A stretch of 64,000 nt of DNA from Armatimonadota bacterium (lineage in GTDB: Bacteria; Armatimonadota; SYMT01), in the NCBI GenBank assembly GCA_046292385.1, contig JBKBRF010000007.1, forward strand, positions 123,247 through 187,246, in the 5' to 3' direction. The notes under the pieces were generated by a model that saw only the letters and a list, made by a program, of their open reading frames with translations, was not told the DNA's origin and did not search any database. Position 1 is the first letter of the stretch, and the number at the start of each line of letters is the position of its first letter. A program made the translations under genes and the position numbers. Of this stretch, positions 62,101 through 64,000 are shown in pieces.

Positions 62101-63778
62101 GCGCACGGTGGGCGTGGAAGGCGAGGTCCGGATCGAGGTGAGCCGCCTGGCGAACCGGTCCGACTGGACCGAGATCGCCCGGGTGCCGGCGAGCGACGGC
62201 TCCTTCACCTGGACCGTGGAGGGCAATCCCACCACCCTCGCGAAGGTGCGCGTGACCTCCGTGAGCGAGCCGGACAAGACCGACGAGAGCGACTCGAGCT
62301 TCGAGATCCGCCGGATGTCGGTCACCCTGGCCCGGCCCAACGGCGGCGAGAGCTTCGGCATCGGCACGGCCCAGGGGCTCGCCTGGACCAGTGACGGCGT
62401 CCTTGGCGGCATCGATCTCGAGCTCAGCCGGGACAGCGGCGCCACCTGGGAGCCGCTCTTCACCAACGTGACCAACTCCGGCGCGGCGATCTGGGGCGTC
62501 TCCGGCCCGGCGACAGCGCAGGCGCTGGTACGCGTGAAGACGCACGACTACCCGGTCGAGGACGTCAGCAACGCGGTCTTCGCCATCGTCCCGTCTGCCG
62601 TGACGGTCCTCGCGCCGAACGGCGGCGAGGAGCTGCGGGTCGGTCGCACGGTCGATCTTCGCTGGGTGAGCAGCGGCTTCGGGTCGAGCGTGAAGATCGA
62701 CCTCTCCCGCGACGGCGGCACCACCTGGCAGACGCTCTTCGCCGACGCGGAGAACGACGGCGTGCAGCCGTGGGTGGTGACCGCTCCGGACACGGCGCAG
62801 GCGCTCATTCGGATCACCTCCACCGAGCTGAGCAACGTCTCCGACGCCAGCGACACGGCGTTCACCATCGTGACGCCGCGGGTGGCGGTCACCGCGCCCA
62901 ACGGCGCCGAGCGCTGGTTCACGCAGACGACCCAGCGGATCACCTGGACCTCCCAGGGGATCGACACGCTGGGCGCGGAAGGGAACGTGCGCATCGAGCT
63001 GACGCGGGATGGAGGCACCACCTGGGAGACGCTGGCCGCGAGCACGCCGAACGACGGCTTCGAGGACTGGGTGGTGGCCGGAAATCCGACCGGAAACGCC
63101 CGGATCCGCGTCACCGCCCTCGACGTCTCCGGCGCCGTGGATGAGAGCAACGGGCCGTTCTCCATCGTCTCGCCCGCCATCGTGGTGACGCAGCCGACGA
63201 CGGCGGCCGAGGTGCTCATCGGCACCCCGCTGACGATCTCCTGGACCAGCTCCGGGGTGACCGGCAACGTGCGGATCGAGCTGACGCGCGACGGCGGCGC
63301 CACCTGGGAGACGCTGGCCGCCGATACGGAAAACGATGGAGTGGAGCTCTGGAGCGTCAGCGGGGAGCCCTCCGCGCAGGCGTTCATCCGGATCACCCCG
63401 CTCGATCGGCAGGACGTGGCGGGCACGAGTGGCGAATTCGCCATCTCGCGCGCCACCCTCACGGTCACGGCGCCGACCCGGCGCACCAAGGCAGCGATCG
63501 GGCGCCAGCTCGTCATTACCTGGGACGGCAGCGTGGTTCGCTCCGGCACCGGGACGGTAACGATCGAGCTCTCCCGCAACGGCGGCCGGACCTGGAAGCC
63601 GATCATTGTCGACACCGCGAACGACGGCGTGGAAGTCTGGATCGCCACGGGCGGCGCCACCGATAAGGCGCGCGTCCGTGTGATCTGGAACGCCGACACC
63701 TCCGTCCGGGACGACAGCGACGGGAACTTCCGCATCGGCAAAGCCAAGGCGGTGAAGAAGAACAACCGCCGCAAGTAG
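59147..63778 (+). CDS. Large secreted protein with proprotein-convertase P-domain and nine Ig-like repeats
   Basis: Signal peptide ending AQA, VDITHPFIGDLEVELQHPDGT (P-domain), xPNGGE repeats, Lys-rich tail. Confidence 0.88.
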   Translation: MRSLYLIGILILNLVLGGLLALSGAPAQAQNSTFIQPRRIAYQVESLLDVVRRERSAPQRKAQPSGEPAPQHDLETNSPVLDEPVLQPRTVRRGPGAAAVSTPSPDAVFDTVFASGSPTPNPSVAVGPQHVVVTANKQLGIFTFDGSAAAQVLLTSFFPADISPDISEATVVWDPWINRFVLVARGFNDQTKLATFNIAVSSSSDPTGFWIKQTFIFQFLAPDNLTHKLSYPRIGFDQSNYYLGFNVLPFPGVNEPPTNLLLGISRNGLLSGGGNPRGIINFTLPPPFAPGTLPLCLTPVQAVSPTNQTMVLADAGGTGVMVFKIANFFGVPAFDDDLVATAPNEAGPFTAPQPGGSLSVGDYRVNEATYQDGRIWTGRTIRRGGSVTGAIYRIIPQPLGSDSTLEREFFPTASAGVLYQPSVQILPDPFNPGNRFGLAAFHGSGFGVAPTLFVSRYNPIEDSFGAAIPARTGASRYAGAGWGRTTDVALDTTSGGLKMWAVGESTIAPSEVTLLAARVNLRGVEVLSPNGNETYAPGQAVQIRWVPGGAGANGVTLRLSRDGGATYPEVIVANTTDDGVYDWVVPSPVTLNARVRVELADLASVNDQGDGNFTITDAASFTHCKDDEGAPVTPVAIPDNRSGHEWAEMDLFFPVDKIIHGFEVDVDITHPFIGDLEVELQHPDGTRILLHNETGAGDDNLVLSYPPTPIAEDVNEARAKLLRKRTVFFDSATGSPDPTRPWKLRVRDLKIGDIGQINNWCLTIIGPSTGELDITSPNGGERWDVGSSRKITWTNGPNSFVQGDVLVQLSRDGGATYTTLGQVPALNGEFDWTVTDPETTRARVKVVSVLEPVQLDVSAADFSILNPFIRVDRPSLNERVATGKNYVIRWDSVPDTDTVKIELSRDGGDSFTDLAASAPNTGTFNWTPVAGTDDTTRAVIRVSANGGPAREDTSDPFIIETPAIVVLTPDGGELWHTFHQKEIRWRTVGVEGEVRIEVSRLANRSDWTEIARVPASDGSFTWTVEGNPTTLAKVRVTSVSEPDKTDESDSSFEIRRMSVTLARPNGGESFGIGTAQGLAWTSDGVLGGIDLELSRDSGATWEPLFTNVTNSGAAIWGVSGPATAQALVRVKTHDYPVEDVSNAVFAIVPSAVTVLAPNGGEELRVGRTVDLRWVSSGFGSSVKIDLSRDGGTTWQTLFADAENDGVQPWVVTAPDTAQALIRITSTELSNVSDASDTAFTIVTPRVAVTAPNGAERWFTQTTQRITWTSQGIDTLGAEGNVRIELTRDGGTTWETLAASTPNDGFEDWVVAGNPTGNARIRVTALDVSGAVDESNGPFSIVSPAIVVTQPTTAAEVLIGTPLTISWTSSGVTGNVRIELTRDGGATWETLAADTENDGVELWSVSGEPSAQAFIRITPLDRQDVAGTSGEFAISRATLTVTAPTRRTKAAIGRQLVITWDGSVVRSGTGTVTIELSRNGGRTWKPIIVDTANDGVEVWIATGGATDKARVRVIWNADTSVRDDSDGNFRIGKAKAVKKNNRRK

Positions 63779-63802
63779 GCCGGACCCCGGCCGAATGCAC
63801 CC

Positions 63803-63840
63803 GAGCCCGCTCCCCTTCCCGGGGGGCGGGCTCTCTTTTT
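63803..63840 (+). terminator. Rho-independent terminator
   Basis: GAGCCCGCTCCCC...GGGGGGCGGGCTC followed by TCTTTTT. Confidence 0.8.
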
Positions 63841-63880
63841 GGGACAGAGGGACCTTCGGAGACAGAGGGACAGAGGGACG

Positions 63881-64000
63881 GAGTTACCCCCTGAGAGCGG
63901 ACAGGCAATACCCCTCATTTCGACCAACGGGTCGGAGGGAGGTTGCTATGGCTCGCAGGTTCTCAGCCGCGTTCAAGTTCGAAATCGTGCGGCAACTCCA
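63881..64000 (+). mobile_element. Left end of a probable IS3-family element; transposase OrfA starts at 63948 (partial)
   Basis: IR-like GAGTTACCCCCTGAGAGCGGACA, GGAGG RBS, MARRFSAAFKFEIVRQL resembling HTH_Tnp_1. Confidence 0.6.

Noticed and set aside
57480..63740. CRISPR array or DGR-type repeats
   Set aside because: Repeats are in-frame protein domain repeats with synonymous divergence; no constant repeat-spacer pattern, cas genes or reverse transcriptase in the window

Overview
High-GC bacterial chromosomal window, probably Armatimonadota (inferred from the GFTLIELLVVIAIIAVLAAILFP prepilin-type gene plus a PSD1/DUF1553-DUF1501 pair). It holds about 55 CDS: signalling and stress/detox genes, an ArsR-pstSCAB operon, a TusA/DsrE/ferritin-like operon, the argD-argF-argG-argH operon, two giant secreted Ig-repeat proteins and the left end of an IS3-like element. 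It also holds tRNA-Arg(UCG). The main signals that ordinary annotation would miss are: (1) a probable selenoprotein, an outer-membrane beta-barrel with an in-frame UGA as third residue of the mature chain and a SECIS-like hairpin (45145-46266); (2) a classical-looking ribosome-mediated attenuator with a five-Arg leader peptide in front of the arg operon (47794-47988); (3) an unassigned, multi-helix ncRNA of about 400 nt next to the tRNA (34577-34975); (4) a family of short-period palindromic elements that flank GxxExxY and four-helix-bundle mini-genes, also occur gene-less, and in one case sit in-frame inside a CDS. All family assignments come from motif recognition by eye; no database searches were run.
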